Shown one piece after another: positions 43,696 through 54,008 of a DNA stretch of 64,000 nucleotides. A program made the translations under genes and the position numbers. Within the stretch, counting starts at the first letter, position 1, and each line of letters opens with the position of its first letter. Source of the DNA: a virus; the IMG/VR virus record IMGVR_UViG_3300048997_000353, positions 44,442 to 108,441 of that record; one strand, 5' to 3'. Under the pieces are notes generated by a model. That model had not been told where the DNA came from. It saw nothing but the letters and a program-made list of their open reading frames with translations, and ran no database searches.

Positions 43696-45189
43696 ATGAC
43701 CATGACATTCCTCGACCAGTTCAAGGCAGCACGCAGAGTATCTACTCCACTGATTGTTGTTCGAACCCCAGATCCAGCAGCCACGATTGGTGCCATCGGT
43801 TCCCTTGCAAATGGCGTTCGTCCTCCCCTCTTGCTGTGGGATATCGTTCGCGGCTTGGTCGGAGTTGGCAGGGAAGGCGAAGAAGTCGTGCGGCAAATCT
43901 GCGGACAAGAAGATCCTTCGATGATGACCAATCCAGTGGAGGCACTCAGCAAGGTAACGCGGATGCCGAAGAATTCCATCCTGCTGTTTGCGAACGCCCA
44001 GCGGTACATGGGTGAGGCGTCCGTGATTCAGGCGGTGTGGAATCTGCGGGACCTGTTCAAACAGGACTACCGGGCACTCGTCATGCTGTGCCCCATGATT
44101 ACACTGCCGCCTGAGCTAGCGAATGACGTGCTCATTCTGGACGAGCCGTTACCCGACCTGGCTCAACTGACGGTGATCGTGAACGACACGTACACGGCGG
44201 TGAATCTGCCGCTGCCGAAGCCTGATATTGCCGCGCGGGCGGTGGACGCAATCTCTGGCCTTGCGGCGTTTCCAGCCGAGCAAGTCTGCGCCATGAGCAT
44301 CACGAAACAAGGTCTCGATCTCGAAGCGCTCTGGGAACGCAAGCGCCAACAGATCGAACAAACCCCGGGCCTGTCGGTGTGGCGCGGCGGCGAACGGTTC
44401 TCCGACATTGGCGGATGCAAAAACATCAAATCGTTTTCCTCCCGCGTCCTCAATGGCGAAGAACGGCCCCGGTCTATCGTCTTTATCGACGAAATCGAGA
44501 AGGCTCTGGCCGGAGCGGGCGGCGATACCAGCGGCACGTCACAGGAAATGCTGGGCACGCTGCTTACCTTCATGCAGGACAAGAACGCGACGGGCATGCT
44601 GTTCATCGGGCCCCCAGGCGCAGCCAAAACTGCGATGGCCAAAGCGGCTGGCAATGAAGCGGGCATTCCGACCATCGCGTTCGATATGTCCGGGATGAAG
44701 GGTTCCCTCGTTGGCGAATCCGGCGCAAACATGCGGACCGCGCTCAAGGTGGTCGAAGCGGTTTCGCAAAACCGGGCGCTGTTCATCGCAACCTGCAATT
44801 CCATCAGCGCACTGCCGCCGGAACTGCGGCGTCGGTTCTCCTTCGGCACATTCTTTTTTGATCTGCCGGACACAGAAGAACGCGAAGCCATCTGGAAGAT
44901 TTATCTCGCCAAGTACAATCTGACCAACGGCAAGGCGCGACGCCCAGCCGATGAAGATTGGACGGGCGCGGAAATCAAACAGTGCTGCAACTTGGCCTAC
45001 CGGCTCAAAACGTCGCTCGAAGATGCAGCGACCTACATTGTGCCCGTTGCCAAGAGCGCGGCCGAACAAATCTCCACCCTCCGCAAACAAGCGTCTGGCC
45101 GATTTATTTCTGCCAGCTATTCCGGTATCTACCAGGGCGCTTCCACCCTCCCGGCATCGGACGGCAAGCGGAAAGTGTCAGTCCAATGA
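43696..45189 (+). CDS. Ycf46-like AAA+ ATPase
   Basis: LLLWD N-domain, LPPEL, FSDIGG, GPPGAAKT, IATCNSISALPPELRRRF...FFFDLP, WTGAEI. Unusually, a FIDEIEK (Walker B-like) segment precedes Walker A. Confidence 0.85.
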   Translation: MTMTFLDQFKAARRVSTPLIVVRTPDPAATIGAIGSLANGVRPPLLLWDIVRGLVGVGREGEEVVRQICGQEDPSMMTNPVEALSKVTRMPKNSILLFANAQRYMGEASVIQAVWNLRDLFKQDYRALVMLCPMITLPPELANDVLILDEPLPDLAQLTVIVNDTYTAVNLPLPKPDIAARAVDAISGLAAFPAEQVCAMSITKQGLDLEALWERKRQQIEQTPGLSVWRGGERFSDIGGCKNIKSFSSRVLNGEERPRSIVFIDEIEKALAGAGGDTSGTSQEMLGTLLTFMQDKNATGMLFIGPPGAAKTAMAKAAGNEAGIPTIAFDMSGMKGSLVGESGANMRTALKVVEAVSQNRALFIATCNSISALPPELRRRFSFGTFFFDLPDTEEREAIWKIYLAKYNLTNGKARRPADEDWTGAEIKQCCNLAYRLKTSLEDAATYIVPVAKSAAEQISTLRKQASGRFISASYSGIYQGASTLPASDGKRKVSVQ

Positions 45190-45671
45190 GTCCCAGCAGG
45201 CTCCTTCCGGCGAAAGCCGGATGGGATAACCGATGGGAAATCATCAGCGACGCCAGCGGTGAGAAATACACCGTTGGCCAGCGGTCGTTCGGCACGTGGT
45301 CCTGCTCGTGCAAGAAGTGGATTTTTTCGAAGGCGCCGAAGCCAGATTGCAAGCACATTCTCGAACTGAAAACCGAACGCGCCCGAACGGACCGCACGCC
45401 CACACCAACCATTGACCGCGATATTCCACGCGACTCAATCCGCCTTCTCTACCACTGTTTCGGGTGCGACAACGACGTCGAGCCTGAAATGCGACGTGAC
45501 GGCGCAGCGTTTTGCCCGCTCTGCGGCTCATTCGCCCTTGGCGGCGGAGGCAGCGAGAGATTCCGAACCAAACCGGCCGAGTACATGGCTGAACTCAACA
45601 AACCAAAACCGGAACCCAAACCGTCGCCGTTTCCCAGCAAGACGCGGCGCGCAATTCGACTGGAGGATTGA
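45186..45671 (+). CDS. SWIM zinc-finger protein
   Basis: WSCSC...CKH plus a second Zn ribbon; ends RRAIRLED. Confidence 0.75.
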   Translation: MSPSRLLPAKAGWDNRWEIISDASGEKYTVGQRSFGTWSCSCKKWIFSKAPKPDCKHILELKTERARTDRTPTPTIDRDIPRDSIRLLYHCFGCDNDVEPEMRRDGAAFCPLCGSFALGGGGSERFRTKPAEYMAELNKPKPEPKPSPFPSKTRRAIRLED

Positions 45672-45710
45672 AAATGGCCGCACAACAACTCAGAAAAAAG
45701 GTGGTGGACG

Positions 45711-46052
45711 ATGCCCTGTGACACAATCCAGCGCAGCAGTATTAGTCTCGAACTGAAAGCCGACAACAAGACGTTTTTAATTGCGGCTCTCAAGGCCCTC
45801 GGCTACACAGTGAGCGAATCGGGCGAAGTGGTCCGGTTCGTCGTCAGAGAAAATTACGAAACGCTCACTGGCAGCTTCATCAACGGCAAACTCAGACTCG
45901 AAGGCGATACCAGCACGGTCAATCGCTTCAACGTCAACGCCGTCAAACGCGCTTACTCATTCCAAGTCGTGCAGTCCCAGGCCAAAAAACACGGCTGGAC
46001 ACTGAAACAGACGAAAGACAATAAATTCGTCGTCCAGAAAAGAGGAATGTAG
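45711..46052 (+). CDS. DUF1257/Ycf35-like protein
   Basis: LIAALKALGY...VKRAYSFQVVQSQAKKHGW; adjacent to the Ycf46-like AAA gene. Confidence 0.6.
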   Translation: MPCDTIQRSSISLELKADNKTFLIAALKALGYTVSESGEVVRFVVRENYETLTGSFINGKLRLEGDTSTVNRFNVNAVKRAYSFQVVQSQAKKHGWTLKQTKDNKFVVQKRGM

Positions 46053-46055
46053 ACC

Positions 46056-46262
46056 ATGAAAAACGACGAAATGACTATCGAAATCCTCGAAGATGGCACG
46101 ATCAAAACCACGACCAACCCGATCTCTGGAGCCAATCACCAGAACGCCGAAGAATTCTTGAAGTCCATGGCGCGTCTGGCGGGCGGCGAGACAACCCGCG
46201 TGCGGCGCAACGATCGCCACGAACACGGCCACACGCATACCGACGAACGGATCAAGCAATGA
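46056..46262 (+). CDS. DUF2997-like small protein
   Basis: MTIEILEDGTIKTTT...SG; synteny with the AAA and DUF1257-like genes. Confidence 0.6.
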   Translation: MKNDEMTIEILEDGTIKTTTNPISGANHQNAEEFLKSMARLAGGETTRVRRNDRHEHGHTHTDERIKQ

Positions 46263-46513
46263 AGGTCCGGTACCACAAAGCGGAAGAGATTATCGCCAAC
46301 ATCCGGAAGTATCACGGCTTCCGCTCTGCGAGTATCACGCACATGGCCCGGCTGAATTCAGAAACAGAACTCGAGATCGTGCCGGTGCCACATCCGCCCG
46401 ATCCTGAATCAGCCGGAAAATGCAGTTTGCCCCGGTTCCAATCCGTAGACGGTTTGCGTTGGGTATGCGGCCACTTTGCCGAGATCGACTAATTCAAAAG
46501 GAGAATCAAGACC

Positions 46514-47437
46514 ATGGCAACCAAAGCTACTATCGTAGAACAATCCCTCGGAGATCAGCTACAGGAACGCGCAGTCGGATTGATCCTCACATTCTCCGGC
46601 ATCGGCAACCGCCGGAAAGTGAGCATGTCCGATGTGGAAGTGGACGCCGACAAGGAACTCTTGGCGATGTCGAAAAAACTAATCGACGCGGAAGAGTTTG
46701 AGGCCATCCAATCGCTCGACGGCGAAGCGCGCCGCTATATCGAAACCCGCGCTCTGCCCTCGCAATTAAAGAAGGGAATCTATTTACTTCCCAACGCGCT
46801 CGTCACCGAAGTGGAAGAAAAACTGTCCGAGTTTGCTGCCAAGCGCGGCACGCTGGTCGAAGCCTTGCTGCTGCGCTACAGCGAACTGGTTGCCGAATCC
46901 CGCCGGCGACTCAAATCACTCTTCGATGCCACTGACTATCCCAACGCTGACTACATCCGCAACGCGTTCAAGCTGTCCTGGCGCATCATCGGATTCACAA
47001 CGCCGACCAGCCTCAAGGAACTCGACCGGGCGCTCTACGACCGCGAATGCAAGAAGGCCGCGGAACAGTGGGCCGAATCGTGGAAAAACATTGAGCAACT
47101 TCTCGCGTGGAATCTGGCCGATCTGGTCGAACATTTGATCGGCCGCCTCGAACCCGACGAGAAAACCGGGAAAAAGAAAACGTTTAAGGACTCCGCCGTG
47201 ACTAAAATTCAAGATTTCCTCAACACGTTCGACGCGCGGAACATCGGCAATTCAACCGAACTCAAGGCGCTGGTCGACAAAACCAGAGTTTTGATTGCGG
47301 ATGTAAACCCCGAGCAACTCCGCACCAGTCCCCGCACGCGGGATACGGTTGCCAAGGGTTTCGAGAAGATTGCCGACCTACTCGATCCAATGCTCGTCGA
47401 AAAACCAACTCGCGCTATTTCGTTTGAAGAGGATTGA
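46514..47437 (+). CDS. DUF3150-like helical protein
   Basis: GIYLLP...LFDATDYP...; extended RBS cassette; ends RAISFEED. Confidence 0.6.
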   Translation: MATKATIVEQSLGDQLQERAVGLILTFSGIGNRRKVSMSDVEVDADKELLAMSKKLIDAEEFEAIQSLDGEARRYIETRALPSQLKKGIYLLPNALVTEVEEKLSEFAAKRGTLVEALLLRYSELVAESRRRLKSLFDATDYPNADYIRNAFKLSWRIIGFTTPTSLKELDRALYDRECKKAAEQWAESWKNIEQLLAWNLADLVEHLIGRLEPDEKTGKKKTFKDSAVTKIQDFLNTFDARNIGNSTELKALVDKTRVLIADVNPEQLRTSPRTRDTVAKGFEKIADLLDPMLVEKPTRAISFEED

Positions 47438-47593
47438 GTTTGGCGGAGTCACCGGCCACTTGGCTTCGCCAGGCAGGGCGCGCAGTACGTCATGGTCCTG
47501 CGCGCCCTGTTCTAACTTTTCGGTTTGTTTTTGCCGCTGGATTTTGTCTCGTGATGTCAGGTCATGCGGGGTGTCGCCGCAAAGGAGAATATC

Positions 47594-48259
47594 ATGCTAC
47601 CGATTATTTGCTTGGGATTTTTGTTAGGCATGAGGCACGCGACTGATGTGGACCATGTGTTTGCCGTAACGACGCTGGTTTCCCGCTATCGCAGCGCGGC
47701 GCGTGCGGCCATCGTCGGCGCGTTGTGGGGTGTTGGACATACGGTCATGGTGATGATCGTCGGCACTGGAATCATTTTATTCCAGTGGGTGATTCCAGTC
47801 CGGGCCGGTTTGGGAATGGAATTTTCGGTTGCCTTGATGCTGGTCGTTCTTGGGATTCTGAATTTAACCGGAGTCCCAGGCCGACAGGTTGAAGTGTACG
47901 ATCACGCGACCGATGAATTCGTTCCACGTCCGCAACCACGGCTTGTGGCAACAATCAGGCCGGTGGTGGTCGGATTAGTTCACGGCTTGGCAGGGTCCGC
48001 AGCAATCGCGCTCATGGTTCTCAGTACAATCCACGAACCGCGCTTGGCTGTCGCGTATCTTGCATTGTTTGGGACCGGAACACTGGCCGGGATGATGCTG
48101 ATTACAGCGGCGCTCGCGTATTCCTTCACGAAGATGCCAGCGCAGTTACTCCGCATTGGTTCTGGCATCCTGTCTCTCGGCTTCGGTCTTTTCTTGATCT
48201 ATCAAATCGGAATCGTCGGTGGGCTCTTTACAAGCCATCCGGTCTGGAGTCCACGATGA
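47594..48259 (+). CDS. NiCoT/HoxN/UreH-family nickel/cobalt transporter
   Basis: GMRHATDVDH, WGVGHT and GLVHGLAGSAA motifs; about 6 TM helices. Confidence 0.88.
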   Translation: MLPIICLGFLLGMRHATDVDHVFAVTTLVSRYRSAARAAIVGALWGVGHTVMVMIVGTGIILFQWVIPVRAGLGMEFSVALMLVVLGILNLTGVPGRQVEVYDHATDEFVPRPQPRLVATIRPVVVGLVHGLAGSAAIALMVLSTIHEPRLAVAYLALFGTGTLAGMMLITAALAYSFTKMPAQLLRIGSGILSLGFGLFLIYQIGIVGGLFTSHPVWSPR

Positions 48260-48597
48260 AACTACAAAAGATCATTTACGTGCCGGAAGCAAGAGTAGAA
48301 TTTTCCGCCGAGGACGTGAACGCGCTGTTCGCGGCATCGAGGGAGCACTACGATACGCTGTGTCGGCAACAGTCGGAGCCAGGTGGAATGCTTTGGGGAC
48401 TCCGTAACCGGATTGAATATCCGCCTGTTGAACGGTGTCTGACGACTCACGACATTGACTTGCTTTCGAAGATTTCCGAACGCATCAAAAACGTCCTAAA
48501 TGACGACCGTCGCGATGCGGTCATTTCCGGAATCCGTTCTGAGTTACATAGGATTTTCAGAACGCTCAACGATGAATACAAGAGGCTAAACCCATGA
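48256..48597 (+). CDS. Hypothetical protein
   Basis: ATGA-coupled ORF. Confidence 0.55.
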   Translation: MKLQKIIYVPEARVEFSAEDVNALFAASREHYDTLCRQQSEPGGMLWGLRNRIEYPPVERCLTTHDIDLLSKISERIKNVLNDDRRDAVISGIRSELHRIFRTLNDEYKRLNP

Positions 48598-49573
48598 AAC
48601 TCAACTGCGGCGAGTGCCTCGACAAACACGTAACGGTGATTCGGCTGTGGCAAGACGGAACTTGTCCATGCTGCCTCAGCGGGCACGATCTGGTGACGTG
48701 GACAACTTCAAACGGAGAAAAACGCCACGGAGTGCGGAAATTCGCGAAGGCTGGCTCCGACACGTATGTCCTGTGGATAAATCCAAGCGGAGCCGTCAAC
48801 GGCGGCGGTTGGGTGGACCCGGCGCAACTCACCGAGGGCCACACATGAAATCCAAACAGGATTGGGTTGTCATTCGTGATGCCGGCGCGACGGCGCTGTG
48901 CTTGCGGTGCGGCAAAATGGCGTCCGTCAAATTGCCGATGCCGTTGATGATGTATGTCGCGGCGATGAAAAGAATTCTGCAAACTTCACCGCAGGTGCAA
49001 ACCGAAATGACGCGTCTATTCGTGGTGCCCACAAAGCAAACTTTCCAAAAGCGCCGAGCGACCACAGTGCAACTCACACTGGCACAGCGCATCCTGCTAT
49101 CCGAACTCCAGTTGAAGCGCATGACGGCTGGCAAACGGAAGCCGACTATCACGCAGATGGTTAGCGAAGGCCTCGCGTTGCTGTTCCGGCGAGAGAAAAT
49201 CAAGGAGAACCCATGAAGGAATTCATCGTCAAAGTGCAATGGCCCATTTCGACCAATGAGCCGCAACCGCTTGTTCTGGTTTACAACCGAGATCGGTCAA
49301 TCCATCAAAAGTTTCCTGCAACCACGGAACTTCGAGAGCGGATGAACAATCGCCCGAAGGTTTATTTTTGGGCGGTTGTCAATCAACTCAATGGCAAGCT
49401 GGAACTCGGGAGAAACGCTCCCGATCAAAACTGGTAGGAAAGGCCGGGAATTGCTCCCCGGCCCGAATGTTTTGCCGCTGTGTGACGTAATGATCCGTGG
49501 TGTCTAGTCCTGCCGCTTTGCAAAAGCATATCACGCAACCGACGCGTAGAAGTCGCAAAAGGAGAATCGACCA

Positions 49574-50416
49574 ATGGCCACAAAAGTTTGGAAGGGATTT
49601 TTGAACTTCGGCCTTGTAACCATTCCAGTATATTTGAATACAGGCGCACGCGGCGAGAGCGTGAGCCTCAACACGTTCCACGAACCCTGCGGCTCCCGCG
49701 TTCGGATGCCGAAGTTCTGCGACACCTGCAACAAACAGATTCCCCCGGAAGAGATCGTGAAGGGCTACGCGAACGGCGATTCGTATGTGCCCATCACAAA
49801 AGAAGAATTGGAATCCATCGCGCCGGCTTCGGACAGGACGATGGAAATTCGCGAATGCGTCGAAGCCGACAAAGTTGATCCGATTTATTTGGCTGAATCC
49901 TTCTACTTGCTCCCGGACGATGCGGGCAGGAAAGCCTATTCCCTGCTGGTCCAGGCGCTCGCGGATTCCGGGCGCTGTGCCATCGCACAACTCACAAAGA
50001 GTAATCGCGAACACATCGTCCTGCTCAGGCCGCGCGAGAATGGCCTCGTGGCGCATTTCCTTTACTTCGAAAACGAAGTCAACCGCGTGCCTGAGTTTGA
50101 ATCTCTCAAACAGATCGAGCTGTCGAAGGCGGAGCACAAGATGGCCGCGCAGTTGGTGGACGATCTAGCCGCGCCGTTCGAACCTGGCCAGTACGAGGAT
50201 GGATACTCGATGCGACTCAACGCCTTAATCGCGTCCAAACTCGACAAGAACACACCAGCACCGAAACCCATCAAGTCCCAGGCACCTGCGTCAATGGATC
50301 TATCGGCGGCGCTGGCGGCTTCGCTGGGCCGACCGAAGCGGAAAATCACGCTCGACGAAGAACCGGCTGCCCCGAAAAAAGCTGGAGCTGGCAAGAAGGG
50401 ACGCCGAGTAGCGTAA
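49574..50416 (+). CDS. ku: NHEJ Ku protein
   Basis: WKGFLNFGLVTIPVYL...EEIVKGY...VDPIYLAESFYLLPD. Confidence 0.95.
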   Translation: MATKVWKGFLNFGLVTIPVYLNTGARGESVSLNTFHEPCGSRVRMPKFCDTCNKQIPPEEIVKGYANGDSYVPITKEELESIAPASDRTMEIRECVEADKVDPIYLAESFYLLPDDAGRKAYSLLVQALADSGRCAIAQLTKSNREHIVLLRPRENGLVAHFLYFENEVNRVPEFESLKQIELSKAEHKMAAQLVDDLAAPFEPGQYEDGYSMRLNALIASKLDKNTPAPKPIKSQAPASMDLSAALAASLGRPKRKITLDEEPAAPKKAGAGKKGRRVA

Positions 50417-50427
50417 GGAGAATCGAA

Positions 50428-50865
50428 ATGTCGTGGGAAACTGCAAAAGATAAGCTGATCTGTTTCATGCTGGTTGACGATTCCCTTGGCATAAAAGTGT
50501 GTGGACCCAGCGCCAAGGGAATCGCCTTCTGGCGAGCGTTCATTCTTGAGGATCGTCAAACCGGGGAAATCCATGCGGTTTGGCGATTCAAATATCCGGA
50601 CGGCAATACTAGCTGGACGGAAATCACATGCACGAACGGACTATCGGGGGACGCGGCAAAGAACCATCTGCGCTGTGCCCTTGAAGATGTAATCAACAAG
50701 GCCAATGACGTTTTTGGATTGCCGCAGAAGGTCGAGTGCTTCTATCCACCGGACGACGGCGGTGATCCAGGAAAAACTTTGCTGTGGCTCGACGAGCACG
50801 ACTTGATTGAATTCAGGGTTGAGAAAATCGATCCCAAGAAAGGAGATGGCGGACATGGATCGTGA
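50428..50865 (+). CDS. Hypothetical protein
   Basis: TAAGGAG RBS. Confidence 0.65.
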   Translation: MSWETAKDKLICFMLVDDSLGIKVCGPSAKGIAFWRAFILEDRQTGEIHAVWRFKYPDGNTSWTEITCTNGLSGDAAKNHLRCALEDVINKANDVFGLPQKVECFYPPDDGGDPGKTLLWLDEHDLIEFRVEKIDPKKGDGGHGS

Positions 50866-51067
50866 AGGAGACCAAACTACATGGCATATTCGCCTGTCTA
50901 GAAAAGTGGGTGATATTGAAGTGTGGAGATTATGGAAAGGAGACGAACCACAATCCAGCGAAATGCCTAAGTCTGTAGTTCAGAAATGGCTTGGTGAAGA
51001 GATTGCAAAAAAGACAGGCCTAGATTTCCCGCAGCACAAATCAAAACTAAAAAGGAGAATCGACCGC

Positions 51068-51832
51068 ATGACTCAGAAAAAGTATGTAATTCATCCTCTC
51101 GCATTGCTGTTCCCGGCTGTGGCGGGCAAGGCGTTCAACGATCTGGTCGCCGATATCAAGGCGCACGGCTTGCTGAATCCCATTGTCCGACAGGGCCACA
51201 CGATCATCGACGGCCGCACGCGCTTGGAAGCATGTAAGCAAGCGCGTGTGACGCCGAAGTTCGTGGAGTTTTCTTCGCTGGGCCAGAAGTGCACAGTCGA
51301 GAACTACATTTGGTCCTCGAATGTGGAACGCCGTCACCTGACCGAAGATCAGCGGGCCGTTGTGGCGCACGAATGGGCCAACGCGCTCGCGGAACAGGCT
51401 CGGGCCCGGCAAGTCGCGGCGCTCAAGAAGGGCAAGGTCGTGCAGATGAAATCAAAATCTGCAGGACCGGCAAAACCCAACGCGACCCGGCGTGCTGTGG
51501 CCGAACAGGGCCAGGTATCGGTGCATAAGATTCAACAGGTCGAAATGACCAAAAAGCATGCGCCCGAACTGGTCAAAAAGGTTGCTTCCGGAAAAATGAA
51601 GTTGAGGGACGCTGCGAAAATTGCGGCCAAGCGCATTCCCAAGCGCAAGGCGCAGCGGGCGCGGCTAATCGTCCATCCGCTCAGCACGCGCGCGGCGGTC
51701 GGAAAGGTGGTGGACAGCTTCGCAGCGGACGTGAAGAATATTTTGCCCAGAGTTACGGACCATGGCGCATTCTTCCGCTCGTTGCTCGACCACGTTGAAT
51801 CGTTCTGCAGAAAAATGAAGAAAGCGGCATAA
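51068..51832 (+). CDS. ParB-like N-terminal domain protein
   Basis: IHPLALLFP...LVADIKAHGLLNPI...IIDGRTRLEAC...NVERRHL. Confidence 0.85.
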   Translation: MTQKKYVIHPLALLFPAVAGKAFNDLVADIKAHGLLNPIVRQGHTIIDGRTRLEACKQARVTPKFVEFSSLGQKCTVENYIWSSNVERRHLTEDQRAVVAHEWANALAEQARARQVAALKKGKVVQMKSKSAGPAKPNATRRAVAEQGQVSVHKIQQVEMTKKHAPELVKKVASGKMKLRDAAKIAAKRIPKRKAQRARLIVHPLSTRAAVGKVVDSFAADVKNILPRVTDHGAFFRSLLDHVESFCRKMKKAA

Positions 51833-52184
51833 GTCCTGCTACAAAAGTCAGGAGCCGGGCGACTCGATATCGCCCGGCTTGCATTTCAAAAAGGAGAATC
51901 AGACCATGCAAGGCTCAATGCTGACCGAAAGCCAGCTCTACAACGTCCTCAGTTGCTTTCACGCCGATCAAGAAGAGGGAAGATTCATCGTCCGCGGACA
52001 TATCACGTCTTTTCTTGGCATGGGTCAGGAATTCGTGATTGACGAGTCCGCCGAATACCGATGTTCCGAATCTGGAACAGAGCGATGGTTTAATTTGCTG
52101 GCGGCCGTGAAGGTGACGAGTTATCACATGCCTATCCAGGTGTTTTGATTTTGGCTCCAAAAATCTAACAAGGAGAATCGACCA

Positions 52185-52433
52185 ATGGCAGAGCAAGCAC
52201 CCAGCATTACCCTCAAGGAATTCGACCGGAAGTTTTGCACGCCAACGCCTGGCAATCTCAGGCGGGCCGCGCACGCGTTGCGGGAATTTTATCTCTCGCA
52301 TCCGTTCAGGCAACCGCGCGGCGAAAAGCCTATCACGAAAGCGCAACTCGAACAGCAAGCGCAGACGCGCACGGCGAAACAGATAGCGTTTCTGTATCCC
52401 GGCGTGGCCGCGCAGAAACAGAAGGCTGCGTGA
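52185..52433 (+). CDS. Hypothetical protein
   Basis: Extended RBS cassette. Confidence 0.6.
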   Translation: MAEQAPSITLKEFDRKFCTPTPGNLRRAAHALREFYLSHPFRQPRGEKPITKAQLEQQAQTRTAKQIAFLYPGVAAQKQKAA

Positions 52434-52711
52434 CAGGCCTTCCGCTTCTGCTTTGCAATCCCCAGATTGTGCGGCTCGAAGTTGAGCGGCGGCCGGACCG
52501 CGCGTATCGCGGTTCCGGCTTTTGGGGATTGTACGGATACGATGCCAGCGGAACGCAAGTGTGGGGTTCCGCTGGCTACCGTACAAAGCGTGACGCCAAC
52601 GGCCGGAAAGACAAGGGCTGCATGTGCACAAAACATTTCCCGCAGATAAGCGACCCAGATCCCGTGCCAACGCCGCAAACCAGGCGGGCAATTCGATTGG
52701 AGTTGCTATGA
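52430..52711 (+). CDS. Hypothetical protein ending RRAIRLELL
   Basis: GTGA overlap with the upstream gene. Confidence 0.5.
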   Translation: MTGLPLLLCNPQIVRLEVERRPDRAYRGSGFWGLYGYDASGTQVWGSAGYRTKRDANGRKDKGCMCTKHFPQISDPDPVPTPQTRRAIRLELL

Positions 52712-53136
52712 AAATCGCGATGGTCGGCGCGAACGATCCTCTCACGTTTGACGATCACATGCGTCTGGATGCGGCCGGATGCTACCTGCCGTTTCCGCGC
52801 GATGATGAAACCTTGGATATCGTCAACCTGAATCACGGCCGGGATTTCCTCACCGAACGGCGCAAATACGATGCTGTAATCCTTCACAGCATTTTCCATC
52901 CCAAAATAAAACATGCAGCCGAAACGCTCGATCATCCCGGCACGCGATTGTCGCCACATCACAGCGTGGAACGATGGCGGAAACGGCTTTGTTCAACTGA
53001 CGCAAGGATCATTGTCGTTTGGGAATTGTTGCCATCCGTTCTGCATGGCTGGGAACTAGATGAACTGGACGGATACAAAATCTATCACCGAGACGCGCGA
53101 GTCACCGCTTACAAAAAAAGGAGAATCTCGAAATGA
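52708..53136 (+). CDS. Hypothetical protein
   Basis: ATGA overlap; GGAG RBS. Confidence 0.55.
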   Translation: MKIAMVGANDPLTFDDHMRLDAAGCYLPFPRDDETLDIVNLNHGRDFLTERRKYDAVILHSIFHPKIKHAAETLDHPGTRLSPHHSVERWRKRLCSTDARIIVVWELLPSVLHGWELDELDGYKIYHRDARVTAYKKRRISK

Positions 53137-53483
53137 CGCAACCAAAGACCGCGCCGGAAGGCGCAATCTGCAAGGTGTGTAAGAAGGGAATGCTCGTGGC
53201 CGAGGGATGCATCATGATTACCGTTCCGATCTACGGCACGCCGGAAGTCCGCGGCAAGAATCGCAGGCCGCTTAAGGTACTGGACCCCGTAAAGTACGGC
53301 GATGAAATCAGGTTTCGTGGACTGGTTAGCGCCGAAGCCAACGCCGAGGCCAACAAGGGGCGCTGTCACGATTGCGGCGCCCTACCCGGAAACTATCACC
53401 ATCCCGGATGCGATTGGGAAGAATGCCCAAACTGCCACGGCCAGATGCTCTTTTGCGGCGGGGAATGCGGGGCACCGAATTGA
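53133..53483 (+). CDS. Cys/His-rich Zn-binding protein
   Basis: RCHDCGALPGNYHHPGCDWEECPNCHGQ. Confidence 0.75.
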   Translation: MTQPKTAPEGAICKVCKKGMLVAEGCIMITVPIYGTPEVRGKNRRPLKVLDPVKYGDEIRFRGLVSAEANAEANKGRCHDCGALPGNYHHPGCDWEECPNCHGQMLFCGGECGAPN

Positions 53484-54008
53484 CTAACGAACGCGTAAAC
53501 ATAGGCGGTATCGACGCGGAAGTAATGTCCGTGGAAGATATTCAAAAATCGGGCGCACCAATCATGGCTGTGCCCGTCAAGATGGCGCTGTCGCTCAAAA
53601 ACTATCCGCCGGGAACTAGGTCCGGTTATCCGTGCTCGATCTGCAACGAAGATTGCATCTTGGCTCCATCCGGGCAGGAAGTTTTCAAGGCTGGCCGCAA
53701 TCCCGTGATTTGCATGGAATGTTTCATGGTGAAGCTGAAACAAGAAAAGGATGGTGCCGTGTGAAGAAGAAACCACTCGACCTAGCGAAGCTGAGTAAAA
53801 CTCCCGAAATGCTGGCCACGTTCCAGTTGCTCGCCATGACCAAACTGAAACAGTGGGACCTGGAACGGGACATCGAACGAATGGCTCGTCGCACGTTTGA
53901 TGGCATGGACAGAGCCATAAGCGACTACTGCGCTGCCTGTGCCGAGCCGGTTGTCGCGAAGCCGGAAGATTTGAGATTTTATCTCGAATCGCTGGTGGTG
54001 GAGCAATA

